Shown: positions 42,561-52,707, counted from the first letter of the stretch. The stretch is DNA of 64,000 nucleotides from Gemmatimonadales bacterium (GCA_036500345.1 DASYCE010000017.1:10071-74070), one strand, 5' to 3'. Translations and numbers: made by a program. The notes: generated by a model not told the origin, from the letters alone.

Positions 42561-45221
42561 ATGGCCGCCTCCCCGCTCGAGGATCCGACCACATCGGCAG
42601 GGCCGGTTTCGCCCCCAGCAATCGTGGAGGCGAAAAGCGGTCCTCCCGCTCGGCGTGCCGCGTTGCGCTGGCGAATCGCGCTCGCGGGCTCGGCTGGTCT
42701 GGTCATCCTGATCGTGGTGTTCGGCCTCACGGTGGTCAACGCCGTGCGCGTGCGCCGATCGCTCGATGACCTGTCGAATCTCCATCTCGCGGCCGAAAGC
42801 TTCCGCTCGATCAACAACACCCTGCTGAGCATGGAGTCGAGCCAGCGCGGTTTCCTCCTGACCGGCGATTCGATCGATCTCGCGCCATTCGACACCGCGA
42901 TGCGCGCCCTGGAGCGCCGCATGGACAGCATGCACCGGGTGCAGTCGGCGTTCCCGGCCGATTCGAGCCGCTTCGAACTCCTCGACTCGCTCGTCGGCGT
43001 CCGTCTGTCGCAGATGAATGCGACGATCGCCGCCTTTCATGCGCAGGGAGCAGCGGCCGCCACACGGCAGTTGAATCGGAATCGCGCGACCGGATCGATG
43101 GACAGCATCCGCTCGACGCTGCGTGCACTCAATGCGGGCGAGGAAGCGGAGCGGATCAAGGTGCGCACCGTCAGTGCGCGCGCTGGTCAGACCCTCGTCC
43201 TGGCCGAATTGCTGGGCGGTGCCTTCGCGCTGGTCCTGCTCCTCGTCGCGCTGCGGCGGATCTTCGCCGACCTGGACGCACGCGAAGGCGCGGAGGGTTC
43301 GCTCCGCCGGTCGCAGCAATTCCTCGATTCGGTGATCGATCTCCTCCCGGTGATGGTGTTCGTCAAGGACGCGCGGGAGATGCGGTTCGTGCGGTTCAAT
43401 CGCACGGCGGAGCAGCTGGTCGGGTTGCCGCGGAGCGCCGTTCTCGGCCGCACCGACGCCGACCTCTTCCCGGCACCGATGGCGGAGGGGTTCCGAACGG
43501 TCGACCGCGCCGTCCTCGCGAGCGATGAAGTTCGCGACATCCCCGAAGAGGTCATGGTCGCGTCCAACGGTGCGGTGCGAACGATGCACACCCGCAAGGT
43601 GACGATCCGTGACGAGGAAGGGCACCCGACCTTTCTCCTTGGCGTCTCGGAGGACATCACCGCACGGAAGCGGGCGGAGCAGGACATTCAGCGGGCCCGC
43701 GACACCGCGGAGTCCGCCAACCGGACCAAGTCGGAATTCCTGGCCAAGATGAGTCACGAGTTGCGCACGCCGCTCAATTCGATCATCGGCTTTTCGCAAT
43801 TGCTCGAAGAAGAGAGCTTCGGTCCGCTCAACGACCGGCAGCGCCGCTACGTCGGAAACGTCCTGACGAGCGGACGGCAGTTGCTCGAACTGATCAACGA
43901 CATCCTCGATCTCTCCAAGGTCGAAGCCGGCCGCATGGAACTGTCGCTTGCTGCGGTCGCGCTCGTGCCGCTGCTGCACGAAGCGATCGCCCTGGTCGAG
44001 CCGCTCGCGGTGCAATCGCGGCTGCACCTCTCACTCGAGATCGAGGAGCCGCTCCCCGCGGTCCTCGTCGATGCGTCACGATTGCGTCAGGTGCTCTACA
44101 ATCTCCTCGGCAACGCGATCAAATTCACCGGGCCCGGCGGACGGGTCACGCTGCGTGCCGCATGGACCAGGACGCGCTCGCGCGCGGGAGCGCGGATGAT
44201 TCGCATCACGGTTCAGGATAGCGGCGTCGGCATTCGGCCCGACGATCTCGAACGGATCTTTCGCGAATTCGAACAGGTGGATTCCGATCCCACGCGCAAC
44301 CATCAGGGAACCGGCCTCGGGCTGGCGTTGTCCCGCCGGCTGGTCGAACTCCACGGCGGACGGATCTGGGCCGAGAGCGAAGTCGGACTCGGCAGTTCGT
44401 TTCATGTCGAGCTGCCGGTGTCACCCGAAGCGGGGGTGGATCGCACAACCTCCCGTTCCTCGCGCGATCAGGTCGCGCCCGACGGGCCGCTCGTGCTGGT
44501 GGTCGAGGACGATCCCCATGTTGCCGAACTCGCCCGTGACTGTCTCGAATCCGCCGGATATCGCGTGGCGCATGTGGCCGACGGCGACGTCGTGACCCAG
44601 CGTGTGGCGGAACTGTCGCCGGATGCGATCACGCTCGACGTGGTCCTCCCCGGTCGGGACGGACTGGCGGTCCTTCGTGCCCTCAAGGCCGACCCGCGCT
44701 CGGCGGCGATTCCGGTGCTGATGATGTCGATCGTCGACGAGCGCGTTCGCGGACTCGCCCTCGGTGCGTTCGACTGGCTGCTCAAGCCGGTCCGCCGCGA
44801 GGCGCTCGTCGCCGCCATCCAGCGCGCCGTGACCGGTGCGGCGGCGCGCCATCCCACGGTGCTGGCGATCGACGATGATCCAGGTGCGCTCGACATTCTC
44901 ACCGCGATCATCGAAGGTGCCGGTTTCCGCGCGGTGACGACAACCGATGCGCGACACGGCCTCGAACTCGCCGACCTCGATCCGCCGGCGGCGATCATTC
45001 TCGATCTGGTGATGCCGGGGCTCTCGGGCTTCGAACTCGTCGCGGCCCTCCGCGAACGCGCCGCGACGCGCGAGGTGCCGATCATCGTCTTCAGCGCGCG
45101 AGACCTCGACGCCGCAGAACGGGCTCGCCTCGAACAGCAGGTATTGCAGGTTCTCGCGAAGCCCGATACTGGTGAGCTGGTGGCCGCGTTGCGCCGGCTC
45201 GACCCGGCGGCTGCACAATGA
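42561..45221 (+). CDS. Hybrid sensor histidine kinase with CHASE3, PAS, HisKA, HATPase and two REC domains
   Basis: Trimmed to ATG 42561. TM, then the CHASE3 signature (MESSQRGFLLTGDSIDLAPFDTA), PAS (FLDSVIDLLPVMVFVKD), H-box MSHELRTPLNSIIGFSQLL, G-boxes, and REC1 (LVLVVEDDPHV) and REC2 (TVLAIDDDPG...DLVMPGLSGFEL). Confidence 0.9.
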   Translation: MAASPLEDPTTSAGPVSPPAIVEAKSGPPARRAALRWRIALAGSAGLVILIVVFGLTVVNAVRVRRSLDDLSNLHLAAESFRSINNTLLSMESSQRGFLLTGDSIDLAPFDTAMRALERRMDSMHRVQSAFPADSSRFELLDSLVGVRLSQMNATIAAFHAQGAAAATRQLNRNRATGSMDSIRSTLRALNAGEEAERIKVRTVSARAGQTLVLAELLGGAFALVLLLVALRRIFADLDAREGAEGSLRRSQQFLDSVIDLLPVMVFVKDAREMRFVRFNRTAEQLVGLPRSAVLGRTDADLFPAPMAEGFRTVDRAVLASDEVRDIPEEVMVASNGAVRTMHTRKVTIRDEEGHPTFLLGVSEDITARKRAEQDIQRARDTAESANRTKSEFLAKMSHELRTPLNSIIGFSQLLEEESFGPLNDRQRRYVGNVLTSGRQLLELINDILDLSKVEAGRMELSLAAVALVPLLHEAIALVEPLAVQSRLHLSLEIEEPLPAVLVDASRLRQVLYNLLGNAIKFTGPGGRVTLRAAWTRTRSRAGARMIRITVQDSGVGIRPDDLERIFREFEQVDSDPTRNHQGTGLGLALSRRLVELHGGRIWAESEVGLGSSFHVELPVSPEAGVDRTTSRSSRDQVAPDGPLVLVVEDDPHVAELARDCLESAGYRVAHVADGDVVTQRVAELSPDAITLDVVLPGRDGLAVLRALKADPRSAAIPVLMMSIVDERVRGLALGAFDWLLKPVRREALVAAIQRAVTGAAARHPTVLAIDDDPGALDILTAIIEGAGFRAVTTTDARHGLELADLDPPAAIILDLVMPGLSGFELVAALRERAATREVPIIVFSARDLDAAERARLEQQVLQVLAKPDTGELVAALRRLDPAAAQ

Positions 45222-45604
45222 GCAGCGGCCGCCGCGTCCTGGTGATCGAGGACAATCTCCTCAATCTTGAGCTGGTGTCGGGGGTGCTCGAGTCGTGCCG
45301 GTGCGATGTGATCACGGCACGAACCGCGGAGGAGGGGCTCGACCTTGCCGAAACGATGCACCCCGACCTGGTCCTCCTCGATATCCGGCTGCCGGGGATG
45401 TCGGGGGAGGCGGCGATCAGTATCATCCGGAGCGATCCGAGGTTGCGCGGCCTGCCCGTGATCGCGGTGACGGCGCAGGTCATGCAGGGCGACGAGGCGG
45501 CGGCCCTGCAGGCAGGATTCGACGCGTTCCTCAGCAAACCGATCGACACCAGACGACTGCGTGATCTGGTGGACGTTCATCTCCGAGTGCGGACGCCGCG
45601 ATGA
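45218..45604 (+). CDS. Stand-alone receiver (CheY-like) response regulator
   Basis: ATGA overlap with the kinase stop. RVLVIEDNLLN...DLVLLDIRLPGMSG...VIAVTA...KPI. No output domain. Confidence 0.9.
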   Translation: MSSGRRVLVIEDNLLNLELVSGVLESCRCDVITARTAEEGLDLAETMHPDLVLLDIRLPGMSGEAAISIIRSDPRLRGLPVIAVTAQVMQGDEAAALQAGFDAFLSKPIDTRRLRDLVDVHLRVRTPR

Positions 45605-46731
45605 CATCCCCCGAATCGATGAAGCACCGTGGGCGCGTGCTCGTGGTCGACGACCAGGAGCCGAACCGGCAGCTGCTGCACGACATGCTCTCGATTGACG
45701 GCCACGACGTGATCGAGGCGGCCGATGGCGTGACGGCGCTGGCACTCGCGGCAACGCGCGATCCCGACGTGATCCTCCTCGACGTGTCGATGCCGGGTCT
45801 CGATGGATTCGAGGTGTGCGAACGGCTGCGCCAGTCGCCGGTGACGGCGGCGACGCCGGTCTTGCTGATCACCGCCCTCGATCAGCGCGAAAATCGAATC
45901 CGTGGCGTCGCGGCGGGAGCCAACGACTATCTCGTCAAGCCGATCGACCGGGACGAGGTCTCGCTCCGCGTGCGCAACGCGATTCGCATGCGCGCAATGC
46001 ACCGGACGGTCGAGCACCAGTTTCAGGAACTCCAGCGCCTCGAACGGATGCGCGACGATCTGGTCGTGATGGTGGCGCACGACCTCCGCTCACCGCTCAC
46101 CGGGCTTCGCGGGTTTCTCGAACTGATGCAGGAAGACGTCGGCCACGAACTCGCGCCCACGTACCTCGAGATGCTGACCGAATCGATCCGGGCGGTGGAC
46201 CAGCTCAACGGCATGATCGGCGACATGCTCGACGTGAGCCGGATGGAAGCCGATGCACTGCCGATCAACCGCCGGTCGCTCGATCTCCGGCAGGTTGCGG
46301 TCGAAGCGCTCTCATCGTTGGGGCCGCAGCCGTCGTTTCACCGGATCCCGGTCGCGATCGGCGGCGATGCAGCCAAGGTCTCGGCGGACGGCCCGTTGCT
46401 CCAGCGCGTCGTGACCAACCTGATGGCCAACGCCATGCGCTTTTCGCCGCGCGGCGAAGAGGTTCGCGTCACCGTGGCCGAGGAGGACGGCGGCGGGGTG
46501 ATGCGGATTCGCGACAAGGGGCCCGGGATCCCGGAAGCCGAACAGGCGCGCATCTTCGACAAGTTCATTCAGATCGGTGATTCGCGGACCACCCGCGCGC
46601 GCAGCAGCGGCCTCGGCCTCACCTTCTGCCGCATGGTCGTCGAGCGCCATCAGGGGAAGATCGGAGTGCGCAGCGCGGTGGGGACCGGCAGCGAATTCTG
46701 GCTCTGGCTGCCAGCGGTCGAGCGGGGCTGA
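45601..46731 (+). CDS. REC-HisKA-HATPase hybrid kinase (cytoplasmic)
   Basis: ATGA overlap with the previous stop. REC (RVLVVDDQEPN...DVILLDVSMPGLDG...DYLVKPI) followed by H-box VAHDLRSPLTGL and G-boxes (DKGPGIP, GLGLTF). Confidence 0.9.
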   Translation: MTSPESMKHRGRVLVVDDQEPNRQLLHDMLSIDGHDVIEAADGVTALALAATRDPDVILLDVSMPGLDGFEVCERLRQSPVTAATPVLLITALDQRENRIRGVAAGANDYLVKPIDRDEVSLRVRNAIRMRAMHRTVEHQFQELQRLERMRDDLVVMVAHDLRSPLTGLRGFLELMQEDVGHELAPTYLEMLTESIRAVDQLNGMIGDMLDVSRMEADALPINRRSLDLRQVAVEALSSLGPQPSFHRIPVAIGGDAAKVSADGPLLQRVVTNLMANAMRFSPRGEEVRVTVAEEDGGGVMRIRDKGPGIPEAEQARIFDKFIQIGDSRTTRARSSGLGLTFCRMVVERHQGKIGVRSAVGTGSEFWLWLPAVERG

Positions 46732-46754
46732 TACCGTATCCTGACGGTGCGAGG

Positions 46755-46783
46755 CCGGTCGTTCATGTATGAATTATGACCGG
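46755..46783. promoter_or_regulatory. Nested palindrome upstream of the RND operon (candidate operator)
   Basis: CCGGTC-g-TTCATGTATGAA-ttat-GACCGG. The inner 12-bp TTCATGTATGAA has exact 5-bp arms TTCAT/ATGAA around a central GT. It lies 24 nt upstream of the MFP start in a locally AT-richer patch. Confidence 0.25.
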
Positions 46784-46796
46784 GGCGGATTAGCTT

Positions 46797-48044
46797 GTGG
46801 CGCCATTCCTCCACCTGTTCGACGAGGTCGTCGTGCGCGCCCACAGTTCCCGTTTTGCTCACCGGTCGGCCCTGCCGCTCCTGGCCACCGCCCTTGGGGC
46901 CGCGTGCAGCAAGCCGGCGCCGATGATGCCTCCGCCTCCCGCCGTCACCACAATGGTCGTCCAGCCGGAGCGCGTCGCCGAGACGAGCGAGTTTTCGGGC
47001 GAGGTGCAAGCGGTGCGCGAGGTCGAGGTGCGGTCGCCGGTGGCGGGCGTGATCGTGGCGCAGCCGATTCCCGAAGGCGCCGAGGTGAAGGCCGGAACCG
47101 TTCTTTTCCAGATCGACCCGACCACCTACTCCGCGGCAGTTCGTGGCGCCGAGGCGCGCCTCGCCCAAGCACAGGCCGGATACGACAACGCGGTGCGTAC
47201 CTTGACCCGTCTCAAGCCGCTGCTCGCCGAGCACGCGGTGGCGCAGAAGGACGTTGACGACGCGCAGGCGGCGCAGGAGCAGGGACGCGCCGCGGTGGAC
47301 GATGCCAAGGCGTCCGTCGACCAGGCACGCAAGAATCTGAACGACGCGACGGTGAAGGCGGAGATTTCCGGTCGGGTCGGCAAGGCCAACATGATGCTCG
47401 GCGCCCGCGTCACCGGTCCCGCCGATCTCCTGACCACCATCGATGTCCTCGATCCGGTGCGGATCCTGTTCCGCCCGTCGACACAGCAGATCCTCGCGTG
47501 GCGCCGCGATGCGCGCGCCACCCGGGCGCTGCAGGCTGGCGGCTCCGCCAAGATCGAGGTCGTGCTTCCCGACGGGTCGGTCTATCCGGAAACCGGCAAG
47601 CTTGACTTCGTTGCACCGGTGGTCGACTCGGCGACCGGGACGCAGGAGTACCGCGCCGAGGTTCCCAATCGCCAGCATCTCCTGGTGCCGGGACAGTTCG
47701 TGCGCGTCCGCCTCGAAGGGATCACGCGCGACAGCGCGCTGCTGATTCCGCAGCGCGCCGTGGTGCAATCGCTTGGCCGGCAATCGGTGTATCTCGTCGG
47801 CCCGGGCGACACGGTTCGTGCCACGGACGTCCGCGCCACGGCGTGGGTCGGTGAGCGGTGGCTGATCGACTCCGGTCTCGTGGCCGGGGATCAGGTGATC
47901 GTCGATGGCGTGCAGAAGGTGCGGCCTGGTGGCGTCGTGCATCCCACGCCGATGGGGACCGACAGCAGCGGGACGGTGCAGCCGCCCGCAGCGTCGTCGG
48001 GAGCCGCCGCACCCTCGCCCAAGCCGGGGGCGAAGCAGCCATGA
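46797..48044 (+). CDS. RND efflux periplasmic adaptor (membrane fusion protein, lipoprotein)
   Basis: Lipobox LGAAC, a barrel-sandwich hybrid / coiled-coil region (YDNAVRTLTRLKPLLAEHAVAQKDVDDAQ) and LLIPQRAV. ATGA overlap with the RND pump gene. Confidence 0.85.
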   Translation: MAPFLHLFDEVVVRAHSSRFAHRSALPLLATALGAACSKPAPMMPPPPAVTTMVVQPERVAETSEFSGEVQAVREVEVRSPVAGVIVAQPIPEGAEVKAGTVLFQIDPTTYSAAVRGAEARLAQAQAGYDNAVRTLTRLKPLLAEHAVAQKDVDDAQAAQEQGRAAVDDAKASVDQARKNLNDATVKAEISGRVGKANMMLGARVTGPADLLTTIDVLDPVRILFRPSTQQILAWRRDARATRALQAGGSAKIEVVLPDGSVYPETGKLDFVAPVVDSATGTQEYRAEVPNRQHLLVPGQFVRVRLEGITRDSALLIPQRAVVQSLGRQSVYLVGPGDTVRATDVRATAWVGERWLIDSGLVAGDQVIVDGVQKVRPGGVVHPTPMGTDSSGTVQPPAASSGAAAPSPKPGAKQP

Positions 48045-51000
48045 CCGTGCATTCGCGCGGCACGAACGGCGAGATCAAGTACTTCTTCATCCGGCGGCCA
48101 GTGATGGCCGGCGTGATCGCGATCGTGATCACGCTGCTCGGTCTGGTCTCGCTCAAGTATCTGCCGGTCAATCGCTATCCGTCGATTTCGCCGCCGTCGA
48201 TCCGGATTACGGCCGTGTACCCGGGCGCGACGGCAGAAGACGTCGCGCGGGCCGTCGCCGCACCGATCGAGCAGCAGCTGTCGGGGCTGCGCGGACTGCT
48301 CTATTTCAAGTCGTCCAATTCGAGCGACGGGACGATGAGCCTGCAGGTGTTCTTCGACATCAACCGCAGCCAGGATCTCGCCGCGGTCGACGTGCAGAAC
48401 GCCGTCAAGCTTGCCGAACCGCAGCTGCCGCAGGAAGTCACCCGCAACGGCGTGGTGATCACCAAGGCGCAGACCGACATTCTCCTCGTCGCGGCGCTTA
48501 CGTCGGATGACCCGCGCTACGACGCGAATTACCTCACCAACTACGCGACGCTGTACGTCGCGGACGAAGTGAAGCGGCTTCCAGGCGTCGGCGATGCCAC
48601 GGTGTTCGGCGGCGGGCAGTTCGCGATGCTGCTGCAGCTTGATCCGGAGCGGATGTCACAACTTGGCCTCACGGTCGATGACGTCGCGGGCGCGGTGCGC
48701 GAACAGAACGCGCCGGCGCCGGCGGGGCGGATCGGCCGCGAGCCTGCGACACCGGGAACGCAGTTCACCCTGCCGGTCACGGCCGAAGGCCGGCTGACCA
48801 CGGTCGACCAGTTCAAGAACATCATCGTGCGCGCCGAGAAGAACGGCTCGGTGGTGCATCTGAGTGACATCGCCAACGTGACGCTCGGCGGCCAGAATTC
48901 GGATCTGGAAGGCCGGCTCAACGGCAAGCCGACGACGTTCTTCCTGCTCTACCTCCAGCCCGGTGCCAACGCGCTCAACGTCAAGAAGGAACTGGTCACG
49001 CGACTTGACCAGCTGCAGGGATCGTTCCCGGCGGGGATTCACTGGTCGATTCCATTCGACACCACGCCGTTCATCGCGGCCTCGATCGAAGAAGTGTCGA
49101 TCACCCTGCTCGAGGCGATGGCGCTGGTGACGCTGGTGGTCTTCATCTTCCTGCAGAGCTGGCGTGCCACCCTGATTCCGGTGCTGGCGGTGCCGGTCTC
49201 GGTCGTCGGCACCTTCGTCGGCCTGCTGGCCCTCGGCTTCTCCGTCAACGTGCTCACCCTCTTCGGGCTGGTGCTCGCGATCGGCATCGTCGTCGACGAC
49301 GCGATCGTGGTGATCGAGAACGTCGAACGCATCATGAGCGACGAGGGGGTCGACGCGCAGCACGCCGCCGACAAGGCGATGCAGCAGGTCGCCGGTGCCC
49401 TCGTGGCGATCGTGCTGTCACTCTGTTCCGTGTTCATTCCGGTCGCGTTTCTCGGCGGGATCACCGGGTCGATGTTCCGGCAGTTCGCCGTCACCATCGT
49501 GATCGCGGTGGTCCTCTCCGGGATTGTGGCGCTGACGCTGACGCCGGCGCTCTGTGCGGCGCTCCTCAAGGATTCGCCGGAGCATGCCGAGCACGGCCGC
49601 TTCTTCACCTGGTTCAATCGATTCTTCGACCGGCTCCGCACCGGCTACGTCGGCAGTGTCGTCGGCGTGACCCGGCGGCCGCGGACCTTCCTCGCCGTCT
49701 TCGGGGTGATCGTCGCCTTGATCGTCGTGCTCTACCACCGCGTGCCGACCGGCTTTCTCCCGACCGAAGACAAGGGATTCTTCGTCGTCGCGGCGCAATT
49801 GCCGAGCGGCGCCTCACTGCAGCGTACCCGGGCGGTGGTGCAGCATCTGGAAGGGATCCTGCATGCGGATTCCGGGGTCAACGCCACCGTCGCACTGGTT
49901 GGGCTGGACATTCTTTCCGGCGCCAACCAGCCGAATTCCGCGGTGATCTTCGTGGGCCTCAAGCCATGGGAGGACCGCGGCAAGAACGAAAGTGCCGACG
50001 CCATTCTCGGTCGCATCAACGGCGCGCTGTATGGCATGCCCGACGCGCTCGCGTTCGCGTTCAACTTTCCCGAAATCCCCGGGGTCGGAACGACGTCGGG
50101 GCTGGAGCTGAATCTCCAGGCGCGCGGTGGCCAGGACGTGGTCGCGTTCAACGACCAGGTGAACCAGTTCATGGGAGCGATGGCGAAGCTCCCCGAGGCG
50201 ACCGGCGCAGCCTCCAACTTCCGGATCGATGCGCCGCAGATCTTCCTCAACGTCGATCGCGACGCGGTGAAGGCGCACAACGTCCAGCTGGGCACGCTCT
50301 TCACCACGCTGCAGACGATGTTGTCGACACTCTACATCAACGACTTCAACCTCTACGGCCGCACCTACCGGGTGCAGGCCGAGGCGCTGCCGCAGTACCG
50401 GCAATCGCCCGAGGACATCGGCAAACTCTTCGTGCGATCGCAGGACGGCCAGATGATCCCGGTCTCGACGCTCGAGCGCCCGGAGTTTCGCACCGGACCA
50501 AGCATTCTCACGCGCTTCAACGGATTCACGTCGGCGCTCGTGACGGCGACGCCATCGCCGGGACACAGTTCGGGAGAGTTGATGGGCGCCGTTGAACACC
50601 TGATCGACCGCGACTTCGCGTCGAAGGGGGTGGGATACGCCTACAGCGGACAGTCCTACCAGGAAAAGGTCGCCAGCGGGCAGGGCGGCATGATCTTCGG
50701 TCTGGGCATCATCCTGGTCTTCCTGGTGCTCGCGGCGCAATACGAGAGCTTCAGCATTCCGTTCGCCGTGCTTCTCGGCCTCCCGTTCGGCGCCCTCGGC
50801 GCACTGATCGGTGTCTGGCTGCGCGGCATGCCGGACGACATCTACTTCCAGGTGGCGCTGATCACGGTGATCGGGCTCGCAGCCAAGAATGCGATCCTGA
50901 TCGTCGAATTTGCCAACACGTTGCGCGAGCAGGGGCATTCGATCGTTGATTCCGCGCGCGAAGCGGCAAAGGAGCGATTCCGGCCGATCCTGATGACGTC

Positions 51001-51220
51001 ACTCGCATTCATCTGCGGCGTCTCACCGCTCCTCCTTGCCGGCGGCGCAGGCGCGCAGAGCCGCCATTCATTGGGGACCGGCGTCTTCTTCGGCATGCTG
51101 ATCGCCACCAGCGTCGGCATCTTCTTCATTCCGCTCTTCTTCGCGCTGATCCGACGCGTGTCGGAAGGGAAGCGGAGTCGCGACCACGACGCGGTGCCAC
51201 CGGCCGAGGTGACGTCATGA
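48041..51220 (+). CDS. RND multidrug efflux permease (AcrB/MexB family, HAE1)
   Basis: Trimmed to ATG 48041. YFFIRRPVMAGVIAIVITLLG, GLVLAIGIVVDDAIVVIENVER and GLAAKNAILIVEFA. About 1060 aa with 12 TM helices. Confidence 0.95.
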   Translation: MTVHSRGTNGEIKYFFIRRPVMAGVIAIVITLLGLVSLKYLPVNRYPSISPPSIRITAVYPGATAEDVARAVAAPIEQQLSGLRGLLYFKSSNSSDGTMSLQVFFDINRSQDLAAVDVQNAVKLAEPQLPQEVTRNGVVITKAQTDILLVAALTSDDPRYDANYLTNYATLYVADEVKRLPGVGDATVFGGGQFAMLLQLDPERMSQLGLTVDDVAGAVREQNAPAPAGRIGREPATPGTQFTLPVTAEGRLTTVDQFKNIIVRAEKNGSVVHLSDIANVTLGGQNSDLEGRLNGKPTTFFLLYLQPGANALNVKKELVTRLDQLQGSFPAGIHWSIPFDTTPFIAASIEEVSITLLEAMALVTLVVFIFLQSWRATLIPVLAVPVSVVGTFVGLLALGFSVNVLTLFGLVLAIGIVVDDAIVVIENVERIMSDEGVDAQHAADKAMQQVAGALVAIVLSLCSVFIPVAFLGGITGSMFRQFAVTIVIAVVLSGIVALTLTPALCAALLKDSPEHAEHGRFFTWFNRFFDRLRTGYVGSVVGVTRRPRTFLAVFGVIVALIVVLYHRVPTGFLPTEDKGFFVVAAQLPSGASLQRTRAVVQHLEGILHADSGVNATVALVGLDILSGANQPNSAVIFVGLKPWEDRGKNESADAILGRINGALYGMPDALAFAFNFPEIPGVGTTSGLELNLQARGGQDVVAFNDQVNQFMGAMAKLPEATGAASNFRIDAPQIFLNVDRDAVKAHNVQLGTLFTTLQTMLSTLYINDFNLYGRTYRVQAEALPQYRQSPEDIGKLFVRSQDGQMIPVSTLERPEFRTGPSILTRFNGFTSALVTATPSPGHSSGELMGAVEHLIDRDFASKGVGYAYSGQSYQEKVASGQGGMIFGLGIILVFLVLAAQYESFSIPFAVLLGLPFGALGALIGVWLRGMPDDIYFQVALITVIGLAAKNAILIVEFANTLREQGHSIVDSAREAAKERFRPILMTSLAFICGVSPLLLAGGAGAQSRHSLGTGVFFGMLIATSVGIFFIPLFFALIRRVSEGKRSRDHDAVPPAEVTS

Positions 51221-52707
51221 TCGCGATCCGTTCCATCGGAAGGCGACCGGCCGCGCTGGCCGCCGCGATCGCCACCTGTGGTGTCATCACCACCGGCTGC
51301 GCGATCGGGCCGCGGCACATCGTGCCGGAGGTTGTCCCGCAGACGGCGCAGCTGGGGACCGCGCCGACACCGCAGTCGCCACTGTTCGATTCGCTGGCGC
51401 GCGCGGCGCAGATTCCGACACCGGCCCCTCCCGGCGCGATCTTCTCGTCGCAACCCGTCGACGCTGCGGCATGGCTCGAGGTGCTCCGCGACACCACGCT
51501 CGTCGGTCTGGTGCACAGCGCGCTCACCAACAATCGCGACATCCGCCAGGCGCTGGCGCGAGTCGACGAGTATCGTGCGATGGTCGGATCGGCACGCAGC
51601 GAGCTCTTTCCCGAGCTCGACGCCAACGCGTCGGCGAGCTCCAATCAGATCGCCATCGGCGCGTCGCCGCCGATCGCATACAAGGCGATCCGGGCCACCG
51701 CCGATCTGCAGTGGGAGATCGATTTCTGGGGCCGGATCCGCAAGGGAGTCGTCGCGGCCCAGGCCGATCGCGATGCGCGGGCGAACGATGAACAGGCGCT
51801 GGTGCTCACCGTCGTGAGCCAGGTCGCCGACGGCTATCTTGAACTGCTCGAGTTGCGGGCAGACCTCGCCGTCTCCAATGCGACACTCGCCTCGCGGCAG
51901 GCGACGCTCGGGCTGGCGCGCCAGCGGTACACGCAGGGAGTTATCTCGGAGCTCGACGTGCGGCAGTTCGAGGCCGACGTGGCATCCGCGGCGTCGAGCG
52001 TCGCGCAGTTCACTCGACAGGCGTCACAACAGGAACACGCGCTGTCGGTGCTGATCGGATCGGCCCCGGTGTCAGTCTCGGCCGGCGGATCGCTTGATTC
52101 CGCGATCGTGGCGGTCGCGGTTCCCGATTCGATTCCGGCCTCGCTGTTGCTTCGCCGTCCCGATGTACAGAGCGCCGAGCGCGATCTGGCGGCCGCCACG
52201 GAGCGCGTGGGGCAGACGATCTCGTCGATCCTGCCGCGGGTGGTGATCACCGGCGAATACGGTCGACAGGCGCCGTCCACGACCGATCTCTTCGGATCGG
52301 ATCACGAGATCTACACGTTGCAGGCCGGCGTCTCGATGCCGCTCTTCGCCGGCGGAAGGCAGAAGTCCGAACTCGACGCAGCCCGCGCGCGAGTCGACCA
52401 GGCACGCGCGGCCTATGAGAAGGCGGTCCTCACCGCGCTCGGCGAAGCGGCGGATGCGCTCGTCGCGGTCCGTGCCGACCGGGACCAGCTTGCGGCGGTT
52501 GCGGCGCAGACGGCCGCATTGCGAGATGCGTATCGGTTGGCGGAACGCCGGTATGAAGGCGGCATTTCCAGTTACCTCGAGGTGCTCGACGCGCAACGCA
52601 GTCTCTTCACCGCAGAACTCACATTGACGCAGACGCGCCGACTCTATCTCGAAGCCACGGTGCAGTTATACAAGGCGCTCGGCGGGAAATGGGCTCCAAC
52701 CCCGTGA
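51217..52707 (+). CDS. RND efflux outer-membrane factor lipoprotein (NodT/OprM family)
   Basis: ATGA overlap with the pump gene. Lipobox ITTGC. Paired TolC-like repeats (NRDIRQALARVDEYRA..., YLEVLDAQRSLF...QLYKALGGKW). Confidence 0.9.
   Translation: MIAIRSIGRRPAALAAAIATCGVITTGCAIGPRHIVPEVVPQTAQLGTAPTPQSPLFDSLARAAQIPTPAPPGAIFSSQPVDAAAWLEVLRDTTLVGLVHSALTNNRDIRQALARVDEYRAMVGSARSELFPELDANASASSNQIAIGASPPIAYKAIRATADLQWEIDFWGRIRKGVVAAQADRDARANDEQALVLTVVSQVADGYLELLELRADLAVSNATLASRQATLGLARQRYTQGVISELDVRQFEADVASAASSVAQFTRQASQQEHALSVLIGSAPVSVSAGGSLDSAIVAVAVPDSIPASLLLRRPDVQSAERDLAAATERVGQTISSILPRVVITGEYGRQAPSTTDLFGSDHEIYTLQAGVSMPLFAGGRQKSELDAARARVDQARAAYEKAVLTALGEAADALVAVRADRDQLAAVAAQTAALRDAYRLAERRYEGGISSYLEVLDAQRSLFTAELTLTQTRRLYLEATVQLYKALGGKWAPTP

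Noticed and set aside
42327-44027. 566-aa ORF on the minus strand.
   Set aside because: It is entirely antisense to the CHASE3 hybrid kinase, whose domains are unambiguous. Its translation is Arg/His/Asp/Glu-rich with no motif. This is a typical shadow ORF of GC-rich DNA.
49814-50938. 374-aa minus ORF and other long ORFs inside the RND pump gene (for example 48656..49363).
   Set aside because: They are antisense shadows of an unambiguous AcrB-family gene.
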